This document shows, piece after piece, positions 12,501-24,300 of a stretch of 64,000 bases of DNA. The DNA is taken from positions 10,465,186-10,529,185 of the forward strand of contig OZ199839.1 of the NCBI GenBank assembly GCA_964304625.1, in the 5' to 3' direction. Source of the DNA: Kudoa neothunni. Its lineage: Eukaryota > Animalia > Cnidaria. The notes under the pieces were generated by a model that saw only the letters and a program-made list of their open reading frames with translations, did not search any database and was not told the origin of the DNA. Made by a program: the position numbers and the translations under genes. Each line of letters begins with the position of its first letter. The stretch's first letter is position 1.

Positions 12501-15270
12501 TACATACACCCCACGTAATATAATATATTAATAATTAATCTTGAACTATATTTTTTTTAATTTTTAGCATTAAGTACGTATAAAGTCGATTTCAGATTTG
12601 GTTCGGAATCATTAAATTTAAATTTTGTTCTTGAACAACCCTACCGAAAATTTCCAGTTGACTTAAAAATGACATGCAGTGACGATAAAAGTGTTAAAGA
12701 ATTCAGTGCTAAAGAAGATATTAAAAATTTAGTTACATGTGAAGAAAATAAATGCACAACCAAAATTGATTATGACATCAAAAAAGATTGTATTGTAACA
12801 GTCAATTCTGATATATTTTCGGAGGAAAAATCAATAGAGATTGACAAAGGTAAAATTCTGTAAATAATTGATGGACTTAAATTAATTTTATAGTGAGATC
12901 AAAATTCAAATTTGATAATTATTTCCTGGACGGAGAATTAGTTTTAGAAATCACATTAGTAGAGAATTATAGTCAAATTCGTTTGAATTGGACATTAGCA
13001 GATGGAAATCTCCAACCTGAGAAGAAATCAAATGGGTTTGAAACGGTCGAGTGTTCCAATAAGCTATGCAAAATTTCATTTGGTCAACGCAATACGAAAA
13101 CATTTTACACATTATTTTATGATTCTGCTTACCTTGAACAACAACCAAAATTGGATTTTGATATAAGTTTGTCTTAATAATATATATATTTTTAAATTTA
13201 TTTTATGATAGAATTGAGATGGACTGAAATATTTAATAATGTAAGCATTTTCACTAAAAACAAATTAAAATTGTTGGATGAAGATAAAAAAATAGTAATA
13301 TTACCCTGTTGAAAATTATATTCTATAAATAGTTTTAGTCTGTTACCGATATTAGCACCGCATGGAGTGACATTTTGAAGGGTGAATAATTTATATATTC
13401 TATATATATCGTGATCGAAAAAATATATTTGAATCTAGATGGAAGTAGTGATGCAAAAGAAGAAACAACACCTGAACCAGAAAAAGAGAATACCCAAGAA
13501 ACTACTCCAGAGATAGTCGAAAACAAAGAGGAGTATTTTTCTGCTAGTTAATACTACATAATTATGGAATTTTAGGAAATTTTTACAGGCTGTTAACATT
13601 CTTGATGACATCATATTAAATATGAACCAAACCGACGAAGTTTCTAATGATCATTTTAAGTTTAAAGCATTTGATGTAGCAGATGATTCTAATGTGATTC
13701 AATATACTACTAAGTATTTATATTATGATATGTACATCACTAATAACTAAAAATAGGAGCGAAAATGTCACCACCACAAACAATTCTGAAACTACCATGT
13801 CAATTCAAATAGACACACTGGATAGTAAAAATACTGATGCTCCCATTGTTGAAAATCAAGTGGCATTGGCTATCACTAAAGCCCAATCTGTGGTATCTCA
13901 GTCAAAAGATAATGTGATGGTAGCTGGTGATATTATCGTCTTGAAAATTAAAAATCAAGAAAATAAAAAGATTAACTTTACATTCAGCCAGATCATTAAT
14001 AATGCTGACGATGTCATATACACCAAATGTTGCACATTAAACAGTATATTAAAAATTCTCAAATTATTTTATGAGATATTAAGCTACATGTTAACAAAAT
14101 GTAATCAATTCTTTAGGAAATACACTCAAATGGGAACAAGTATATTGCTCTCCGCTTAGTAGGGAAATACTGCCCGAAAATCGAATAAATGTCACATGCT
14201 CATGTAATCACACTACAAGCTATGCTGTGGTGTTTGATTTCAGAGAGAGGGACGACGCTACATCATCTGACGCTAACAAGTATCGTCAAACTGAAATTTC
14301 CCTTAGTTTAACAGTAATATCGTTGGTCTTTTTATTTCTAACACTGATTTGTCTAATCACCTCAGAGTAATCATGATTACCTATTATGCTCAGCGTTCTT
14401 AATTCATATTTTATTTTTAGAACAAGAAGAACTATGCGTGTTAAAGCGCAAATTGGATTGTGCATTTCGTTGTTTTTCTTACAAGCGTTCTATGTTTCTA
14501 TTAATATCTTTAAAAATAAGCCAAAAGTCTGCTTCGCCTTGGCGGTCAGCATTCATGTAATGTTGCAAACGGTGTATTATTCTTTCTTGCTCAACACCTA
14601 TTTATTGTTCCACACGTTGATTTTTACCATGAAGAAAATTTCTGGTCCTGTCTTCAAACTATGTTTAGCTTTATCATGGGGTAATATAGATACACCTTGA
14701 TGTTTCATATAAAACTTGTTTGTAGCTATTCCTGGAGTGATTACATCCCTGTGTGTTGTGTTTATGAGGAACAATTACGCGAAGAATTCAAAGTAACACT
14801 CTGCCATCAAACCCTACTTATTCATTAATTTTTTTAGTTGTGTAGTAACTGGCAGTACAAGTCTTTACACAACAACAATACCTAGCGGTGTTGTCGTTTC
14901 GTTTAGTGTCTTCGTTTGTATTTGCGTAATCTGCAATTTGAGACGAGCAGAAAAGAAAAGAGGTAAAAGTGGATCAACCCTGTCCAAGGCCAAACAGATT
15001 TTCTTCTTAGCGATTCTTTTGGGTTTGCCATTGATATTCCAATATTTAATCTTCATTGATGATGGTGGAAAAGGAGAGTTGGTTTTCGTTATAACCAATT
15101 GTTCTCAAGGAATATTCTTTTTCTTGATTATTGTGTTGTCCAATTCTACAATGAGAACCCACGCTCTTTCATCAGTCGGATTGATGAGTAGTTCAGCCTC
15201 GAAACCATCTTATATGATGCAATCGAAATCTAAAAGCATGACCCAAACCTCAAATCTTATTAAACACTAG
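486..15270 (+). CDS. Giant adhesion-type GPCR, copy A (signal peptide + ~24 extracellular modules + GAIN/GPS + 7TM), 33 exons, ~2757 aa
   Basis: Manually spliced exons: 486-543, 622-906, 959-1234, 2721-2975, 3023-3301, 4099-4380, 4435-4668, 4711-4995, 5040-5564, 5611-5889, 5969-6264, 6312-6591, 6839-7129, 7178-7438, 7484-7780, 7822-8088, 10564-10833, 10878-11153, 11205-11483, 11532-11813, 11892-12167, 12230-12514, 12568-12849, 12894-13166, 13212-13240, 13339-13381, 13439-13532, 13576-13713, 13757-14043, 14117-14366, 14421-14680, 14726-14792, 14838-15270. All introns are GT-AG with consistent phases; total 8274 nt = 2757 aa + TAG. Starts MDKIIIFFTILMYNVKKIS; GPS KWEQVYC...VTCSCNHTTSYAVVF; seven hydrophobic helices incl. 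SWAIP (TM4), LLGLPLIF (TM6), NCSQGIFFF (TM7). Confidence 0.9.
8900..9060 (-). mobile_element. Decayed pogo/Tigger-like transposase fragment in copy A intron 16 (element boundaries unclear)
   Basis: Minus strand reads PKNTISGFQSLDQGIIHFLK, resembling the pogo DDE_1 motif PPNTTS.LQPLDQGII..FK. Confidence 0.65.
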
Positions 15271-15582
15271 TTCCCCTTTGGATACTTATTATAGTTATTT
15301 AACTAAACTAATATATTAGTTTGTCTTATATATTTCGATCTATTTTGATTAATGATTAGACTTTTTTGGCGTTCTGAATTATTCATTCTTTTTACGATGT
15401 AAACAGTTGATATACAAATTTCTTTTTAGGTTTCTGTTTTTTCAGGTCTTTCCTTGAGTAAATTCTACATAATAACATAGATTCAATCAATTTTTAATTA
15501 AAGATGTAGTACACTGACTTAAACAACAGCAGCCGTTTAACAAATGGATTATTTGACGTGTTTTAAACCTGGTGTTTACGTA
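12840..15582 (+). repeat. Near-identical direct repeat of 38141-40883 (exons 24-33, introns, 3' flank)
   Basis: Constant offset 25301, no indels seen, about ten substitutions by eye (e.g. 13175, 13273, 14413, 14583, 14587, 14641, 14702, 15406, 15477, 15512). Confidence 0.93.
14197..14235 (+). other. GPS autoproteolysis motif and Stachel-like sequence CSCNHT|TSYAVVF (also 39498-39536)
   Basis: Matches the adhesion GPCR consensus C-x-C-x-H-L|T-x-F-A-V-L-M, about 20 aa before TM1. This frame is absent from the ORF track and was recovered by splicing. Confidence 0.88.
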
Positions 15583-15848
15583 GATGGTGATTATTTGTGC
15601 CACGCACGTATCATCTGGGTAGGCAAGTTATATAGTGCCTATCCTGTTGAATAAAAATTTAAATAATTTTTTAATCTTCTAATGATTTTGGGATAAATTT
15701 TTTCCCAATGCGATTTTGTATTCATTGTATCTTTTCGTTTCAATTATTTAATCTCACCAAATTTTCTGAATTCCTGAAACTTATAATGATCTTTGTTCTT
15801 CGAAAAAAATGGGAAAAACTAATGAATAAAAATGTTTTTATTTTAAGA

Positions 15849-17025
15849 CTAGTTCGAACTACCCAGCGTTGCTTGGGGAAGATTTCACCCAGAGGCATTT
15901 TTTAATGGCATTCAAAAAATATATTGAAATCTCGAATTAACCCATAGAAACAAAATAACTAAAAAATTTTAAGCAACTTAATATAACGATTTGGATTATG
16001 CAATTAAAATTATGATAATTTCTGTGAAGGAAATATCAATCCCTGCGTCCATTTAAAAATTTCGTGGGCTCGACACTAACGCTAAACAAGATAAGGTCAA
16101 CGTTGTATTTTTTTTTCATTCCGAATTATTTAAATCCCGTTAAAGTGTTATCTAAAACGTTATTTTTTGGCCCGGAGGATTTTTAAATGTCGAATTCTAG
16201 CCTGGCTCAGTAACTGGGTGCACCACTAACTTTTTAAAAGATAAAAAAATAAAAGAGATAGAAGAAAACTTATGAAAATTAATCGATATTACTAAAATTA
16301 GCATCGTTTAGCTCGGCATAAACATCATGCGCTTTTATCATAAACAGCCACAAATCGCTTCAATATGAGCATAAATAATTTATACAATTAGATGGAGTAG
16401 GAGTACAACCACCTTCATTGAATTTAATCACTGAAAGTTCAACATAGCAGGACGATTTCAATGAAACCTATGAACGCAGTATTTCCATTATAACGCTTCA
16501 ATCAATGTAACTTTAACGTTCTCCACAAATTTGTTATTTATGAAACATATATAGATTTTTTATCATGTGGAAAACCATTAATAGAACTTATAAAATATAA
16601 TTATCGAGTCATATACGTTAAAACTCCACAAATAAGGAGCGTGTTTAAACAGACACCCAAATAGAAACGCCAACCTTATACATAAAGAGAGATAGAAGCA
16701 GTTGATGAACATATGATGGAGCATATAAGGGAGATAGTTAACTTCAACCAACCATGACCATGAAATAAGCAAGTGCTAATCCTATAGTTGAACTAATTTA
16801 ATCCGAAAAACAAACTTTAAATCGACAATATCACTATTTCATAAATACTTTTTGGAAACTTTAATGGTCCGAAAACAATTAAACGGTTTTTTTAATATCA
16901 AAAATTTATAAAAATTTTATATATGGCTCTCTATAAGGAAAATATTATCCGCACATGCGTACTTAGAGCATACACACACAAACAAACATACTGACAGTCC
17001 TCTTTTATATATATATAAAGGAAGA
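15849..17025 (-). mobile_element. Non-autonomous Helitron
   Basis: On the minus strand: 5' A|TC-TTCCTTTATATATATATAAAAG followed by a GTTT/GT microsatellite; 3' hairpin cccaagcaacgctggg followed by CTAG|T; inserted between A and T without a TSD. Confidence 0.75.
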
Positions 17026-18368
17026 TACATATTTCGTTTTTTTGGCTATCATTTCATGGGGTTGAATTTTGATTCGAAGAAGTTGCATTTAGGCCTTGAA
17101 ATACTGTACATAGTAGATTTCTTCTTTTATTCGGCTGGCTATTTTATATCTGATTATCGCATTTCGAATTATTCTAGTTGGTTTCGCTTTTTACTTAGAG
17201 TTAGTAATATCATTTAAAATGAATATTTTATATCAATGTTTAATAATTTTTCTAATCCTAAAATATTATGATCTCCAATATAATTTCAATTATCTTAATA
17301 GCAAACATTGAACTAAGGATAAATTCACTGTAATGTTCTACAGAGGTTGGCATGTTGTTTTGTATAGACTAATACATTTTATAAGCGCTTTGGATAGGGG
17401 TTAAATTTATCATTGGATATTTCTTGTAGTTTCGCATTGTGACTAAATTTAGCATTACTAGTAGTTGCAATGTTATCCTGTATATACTTATTGACATAAA
17501 AAATCTTTTTTAACAGAAAATAAATGGTAATGTTTCACATAAGTGACATTCATGCTAGGACGATAAATGATGACCTTTATCAATAAAGCCTATTATAAAA
17601 ATTTAACCACAAAATAAACGTAAAATTAAACTGTAAAGTTGTTTGTTTACAATCGTTGTTGCAAACCAACCACATTAACACAATATCACGGATTCTTAAT
17701 TAACGTATCGTATATATCCATACTTCTTGTTATATAAAAATCAACAAAACAAGATTTGAAAATCACTTATACATTAACTTAAATATGAGTTTATTAAAGA
17801 GAAATATTATACAATGTCTGCATATTTGGCCAATTTAGAGGTAAAATTTTAACTAATGTATTTTCTTTTGAAAATTAATTTAATAATAGTTCATTTATTG
17901 TTATATGTATTTATTAAATTAAAACTTTGATACAAATATTATTTTAGTAAATATTCTCATCCGTTGCAATAGCCACCACCCCAAAAAAATAAATTGTTTG
18001 TTTGCGCAAGAAAGTTACCTCCACGAGTAGTTAGGTGAAGTTCTTACGCTTGTTTACATGCAACTCTCAACTTTCTTGAGATTACAATAAGATTACGAAC
18101 AACCTGTCTTCTATTATACTTTTATTCGTATGAATGAGTAAGTGCTACATGTCATTCATATATCTAAATTATTGAATATGACCTAACTAAAGCATATTAA
18201 AGAATTATCTTCATTTATGTTATTCATATGATTAATTTTACGTATTATACAATAACAAAGTGAATTACTAAATTACTTTATTATCTTAATGTTGAAACAA
18301 TAGACACTTAACATTATCGGTGAAATTAATCGAACTACGTTTAAAGTATCCATTGATAGTGAGAAATC

Positions 18369-21300
18369 ATGGATAAAATTATTATTTTTTTTACAATATT
18401 GATATATAGCGTGAAGGAAATTTCACGTAAATAAAAATAAATTATTTGTCAAAAATATGGCTGCACTATACCTTATATTTTCTAAAAGCTTATTATTTCA
18501 TTAGTTGATCAAATAAATACTTGTGATCTTTCTGCAAAATACAAATATGGTCTGGATGTTCTTGGATTAAGTTTGATACTACCTGCAAATAAAGAAAAGA
18601 TCGAAGCAAGTTGGCAACTTAGTCACAGCGTTACTGGAAGTGTAATCAAATATTCCAGAAATAGTTCAATAGGATGTGTATCTAACTACTGCAAAATTCT
18701 TATTTTCGAGGTGGATCGAACACAACCTTATATTTTCAATATTACAACTAACGGATGTGAAAATATCCCACCCTTAAAAATTGACAGCGGTAATTATACA
18801 CACTCTCTTATTAAAACGCTATTCGTTAAAATTACTTAAAGATCCAATGGATATTGAAATAGTATATCGTCGAGTAACACCATCAGAAGTAATTTTCGAA
18901 AATGAATTATTTTCTTATAAAAATTTCCATTGCCAACTCTTCAAAATTGATTCAACATACGATTCGAAGAAACTTATTGGAGAGAATGACTTTGTGGACA
19001 TTCAAGAAAAAGAAGAACGATGCGATCGAATGGTCGTACAACTTCAAGAAACTAAATTGTTTCGATATGCCATACGCATAAAAAATATATCAAATAAAGT
19101 TATAGTGAACATTAAAGGTATGTTACTTTTATATATTTAAATCGATAAAAGAAGATTTTAAACGTAAAACACAGAATTATCTTAAATGTTTATATCTTAT
19201 ATTGTTAGTTTCCTCAATTAATTACCATGCTGCTTACAAGTGTGTGTCATGAGTATTTACTCGATTTGTACCAACGACGTTTGTAACATGATGAAGTTTC
19301 AAACAAAAATTATTTAATTTCTGTGTTAAAATATACATTATTAATTTAAAAAAGTAAGTGAAATAAAATATTTTGATGTACAGTCTGTTGGGGTGGTACA
19401 CACTTGTGGTGTAAAAAGACACAATATACCAGTGTTTCCTACAAATTTTACACTCATACCCCCATGCTAATTCCTCCCTTACTTCGCATTTCCTCCTTAT
19501 TTTAAAGTCAAGGCTTAATTTTAACTATTACAGTGGGTGACGGGTTGTTCGTAATTTCTGAAATTGCATGCTCAACTAAAGAGGAAACTGTTTCATAATT
19601 CAACTATAAAAATCAATTATTTTTTGGAAAAATATTCAGTTATAGTAGTATTTTTAAAGTTTCTCACAATTACACCATGTATTTCTCTTTCCATATACGG
19701 AATATATTTATAACTACTCAAACTATTATAATTTGAATAGTGTCTTAAATCAGATATATGAAAGAGAGAGAGTAATTTTTGATGAAATTGTTTTTCTTTC
19801 TTTGTCGTCCAACTTATTAAAATTTTCATCTTCGTTATAATTACCGTCAGTATTAAAATCATTAAAATTGACGTCATTTTCAATGTTGTTTTCGCTACCT
19901 CCAATATCCACAACATTTAAGACTTCTCCGTCATCAATTATGTCATCTATTTCTTCAGAAAAATTTGAACTCAAAATTTCGTTATCATCCATTTCAGTGT
20001 CTGTAGAGGAATCCGAGACATAGTTTGATTTGCTAAACCCCGCTTTATTGAAACAATTAATAATTGTCGTTCTAGTCACGGATTCCGAAGCAGTTTTTAT
20101 TAAAAAACGAGCGTCCAAGATATTGTGTAGTGAAAGTTCTAGCTGCGTAAAAACTGAAGCTATGCATTGTTGAATCATAAAAGTTTTGTAATGTCGTTTG
20201 AATGAGTATATTTTATCCTGATACATAGGCTGAAAGAGACTTATGGTATTTTTTCGGTAATAATATAAACTTGATATTTGAATATTCTTTATTACCGCGA
20301 CTGCTAGCATTATCCGAAAGCAATAATATATTGTTATTTTTTCCTTTAAAATGTTCCTTTAAACCCACCATATAACTTTTAAATATGGAGCTGTTCATCC
20401 AAACATGCCGATTATGTTTATAAGTTAATGGTAATGATTTGACTCCTTTGAAACATATTGGTCTTTCAAATTATCCAAGAAAAAGCGGCAGATAGTTTTT
20501 CATCTGCCATTGAAGAGTCCAGAAGTCTTGTTACACGCTTTTCGACCGCTTTAATCCCTCCAGGTTGAATTCGTTTGATGTGACATAGCTTTTACCTAAG
20601 ATATAACAATAAAAATACCTTAAAACGTTGCATCTACCTCGAAGTAGTTGGTAGAATAATGCCGTTTCATCAATAATGTACACATAGTCTGGATTAGTAT
20701 TTTCTAGATCATTTTTTAGTTGTGGGAGCCAACTTTTAATCGCAACATTATTTACACTATCAGCTTCTCCATACAATTTAATATTTTTTAAATTAAATTG
20801 TCGCTGGAAACCAATCATACGTTACGTTAGGATTAAGTTTTGCTTCTAATAAAATTTTACTTTTCTCATTGATAATTTCGACAGATGATATTTCAATGTT
20901 TCTCAAAGCGCACCCAAAGTATCCAATCGTAAACTCTTCGATTAATATCTGGATTTTGTATTTTTCTTGTTTTTGAAGCCAAACCATCTTCAAATGTTCC
21001 AATTGTGTCTTCTTTTTTGTTTAAGATATCATCGAGAGTAGATATTGAGAATATGTTGAATTGTTTAATGGTTTATTGTTTTCGCTACACGCCTCGGTTG
21101 GATTTCTAAAATTTTTATTATATGCTATTTCTCCTTTAAATTCGTAAATAGATTCTTATTGCAGTCTACCATTTTGCCGTCAATCAAAAACAAGAATCTC
21201 AACGCATCCCAAAAGTTACGAACCACAGGTCACTACAAATTATTCCATATAAAACATAATTAATAAATTTAAAAATATTTGATTCATATTTTTAATTAAT

Positions 21301-24300
21301 AAAAAAATGTATTTAATTAGTTTGAGAAATAAATAACCTATTATCTACTTATGCGTAAGTTAATTTTGTAACATTTTCTCAAATTACGAACTACACGTCA
21401 CCCACTATACTTAAATGCAAAAATAATAATAATAAACAGTAAACAGTAAACCCGTTTTAAAATTATGCTTTTTATTATTTTAAATGATATTTCAACTTGT
21501 TAATTTTTTCATATCAAAGAAGATTGTAAATCCCCAAATAATCAATGGATTATATCTACATCAATGTTTCCTTTCTAGCGTAGTGGTTTTTTTATTGATT
21601 ATAGCCATCGCGTTTAATTCAATCATTTTGGATTTTTCCTAGCACATGAAATCATAAACATGTTGATCAAGTGATATATTTTTCCCCGACCTAAAGCAGC
21701 AGGTGGGAACTTTTTCTGGTGAGACAGCTGCAAGGCAAACGACATATTTTTTAAAACTAATTCCATGAAAGCCTACAACGTGATTTAAATTTAAATATAA
21801 AAATACATGTGTGTGTATTATATACAATCGTACCTCAATGTTGCGTAATATTTTGGGATCCGAGAAAAATTTCGCAAAAGAAGTACAAAATTCCCATTTG
21901 CTTCCAAAAAAATAATATCATTGCACATTATTATCTTCACATGTGAACATTAAAATTTTTCTATTAATTACTTTATAATGTTATTTCATCATCACATTAC
22001 TCTAAAGTTTAATATTCTTAATTTATCAATAAAAATTAATAAAAATATTAATTATTTTTGTTTGAAAATAGGCTTCTTATTGACTCAATTACTAATTTTT
22101 GACCCGTAACCATTCCTCGATCCAATTTTGACTTATTTAAGTAATCAAACACAGAATATTTAAATATTCATGGATCCCTCTCACCACATAGCACATTTAA
22201 TAATAATATTTTTCTCTAATTGGCTTTTGAGTGATGAATTATTCCTAGATCAGTTGGTCGCACCACTCAACCAGTGTTTTGACAGAAATAGGAGATCGAT
22301 GTTATCGAAATAATTGATCGATTAAGAATGATATGAGAATTGTTCTAATAAATTAAAACCATTTTGTTTTATTTAATAAATCTACAGTTCATATCTTATA
22401 GGATCTAGTAAAATACAGATAAAGAAATAACTTATTCATTTGCGAATGACATTAAATTGAAAGTTTTTTAGTTCCCCCCAAAACAATGAGTTTTCTTAAA
22501 ATTTCTTTATTATGTTTAAATACAATTTTTATGCGGTCATTGAAGCATTCACAAAAACCGTAGAACGTTTTTGGATTGTTCTACACCCTTACATTGTGGT
22601 AATTTTTAATAATGGACGTACGCTGTATCACTTATTCATAAAAATGAGCCGTCTCGTCAAAATTTAATATGTATTCCGGATCTTATCTTGAAAAAATCTC
22701 GGATAAATTTACCATACATCAATAAATACATTAAAAATCAGCCCTCTCCCTTTCTCCGTGCAATTTGAGTTTTTCAAACCGTAATGCCTCCAGCAATTGT
22801 AAAACTAAACCTTGCTTCTGTCAAAATTTGTTATTCAAATATTTTTGGAATTAATTAAAGATTTTTCGACGATTAAAAACACTAGATAATAGTTTTTTCT
22901 CGCATTGTAACTATCCAATTGTATATATTATTTTAATACCTTTATATTTTCTGGGTTTAAATATTTTTCAAGGTTTTGAAATTTTTGAATTTACGGTTTC
23001 ATTGTTTTTTGAAAAACTTCTATAAAGATTTAAGTAACCCATTTTAAATTATCGAACATTCTTGAAGTTAATATAATTTGGTCAACCGAAACGCTTTACA
23101 GTAATATCATTAACCTCACGTATAGACTTAAAAATTGTAGTAATCAATTATTTGTTATTATACTCTCCTTAGTTGTTTGAGAACTTACAATGCTTTTTAT
23201 GGTACATCCATCAGATTAAAGGGATTAAAATCAAAAAATGAGTTACGCAATAGCGAGACACAATATTTTTTCCAAATTTTCTTTGTATCCGTTTGTTCAA
23301 TATTTTTGTTTTTTCGAATAATTATCCATTTAAGAATACTAAATATGATTTTAATGTTTTATTTGGTGAATTAAAGCACATAATGCTAATAAAACTAAAT
23401 TAAGGAGTATCGAGTCACAATTGTAATCCTTTTTCGAGAAAAATTTCGAATTTGTTTATTTTTTATGATATATTCTGGAACTATTTTAATATTTCAATTT
23501 TTTCTAGATGAAAATCCTATAAAAGGATATATAGAGACTGGTGGATATGTTTTCATTGTATCCCCTTATAATGTAGTGGATTCAAATTACATCCCCTCAT
23601 TCTTTCTGATTCATCGATATACCTATTCATATCCAATTTTCGTACGACTATATATGGAAGGAAACATTGAACATAAAAGTTTTCGAATTCCATACAACTC
23701 AGAATTATTTTATATTGTTAAATATGATGGACTACTTTACGAACCACAACAATTTTTCATTGGTAATTCCATTTTAGAATTCATGTACAAATCATTTTGA
23801 ATTTTTTTAGAAACGGAGTCGGAAGATTTCTCAAAAGTTGTAACTTTAAATCACGTAACTATTAAATTAGTTAAAAACGATAAAGCAGGAGAAGTAAGTT
23901 ACACTGTTGAAGAAAGCACTAATAAAAAAATTGTCAATGTATTCAAATGTCATAATAAGGATCGATCCGGCTGTATTGGGCACAAAAAGAATGATGGATC
24001 GTATTTTTTTGAAAGAAATCTTAAAAAATCATATAGAATACACATGAAAACCACCGGACTCACAGAAAAATCGTTTCAAATTCCTTGGAGTAAGATATGA
24101 ATATTTAAACAACAATTATTAACTTGTTAAGTGAACCAACACTTTGAATAGTGTATTTTTTTTTGATGAAATTATTAAACGATTTAAGGTTCACGTAAAT
24201 TCTTCTTTATGATTCAATATCTCTAGAGTTTAGTTGATTTTTAAATTTGCAATTATTCAAATTAGTTTTAAAAAAATGGATCCATAAATGAATTAAATAA

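Noticed and set aside
690-15270. Dozens of 60-200 aa + strand ORFs as separate small genes, many with hydrophobic tails
   Set aside because: They are exons of one spliced gene; the tails are read-through into AT-rich introns.
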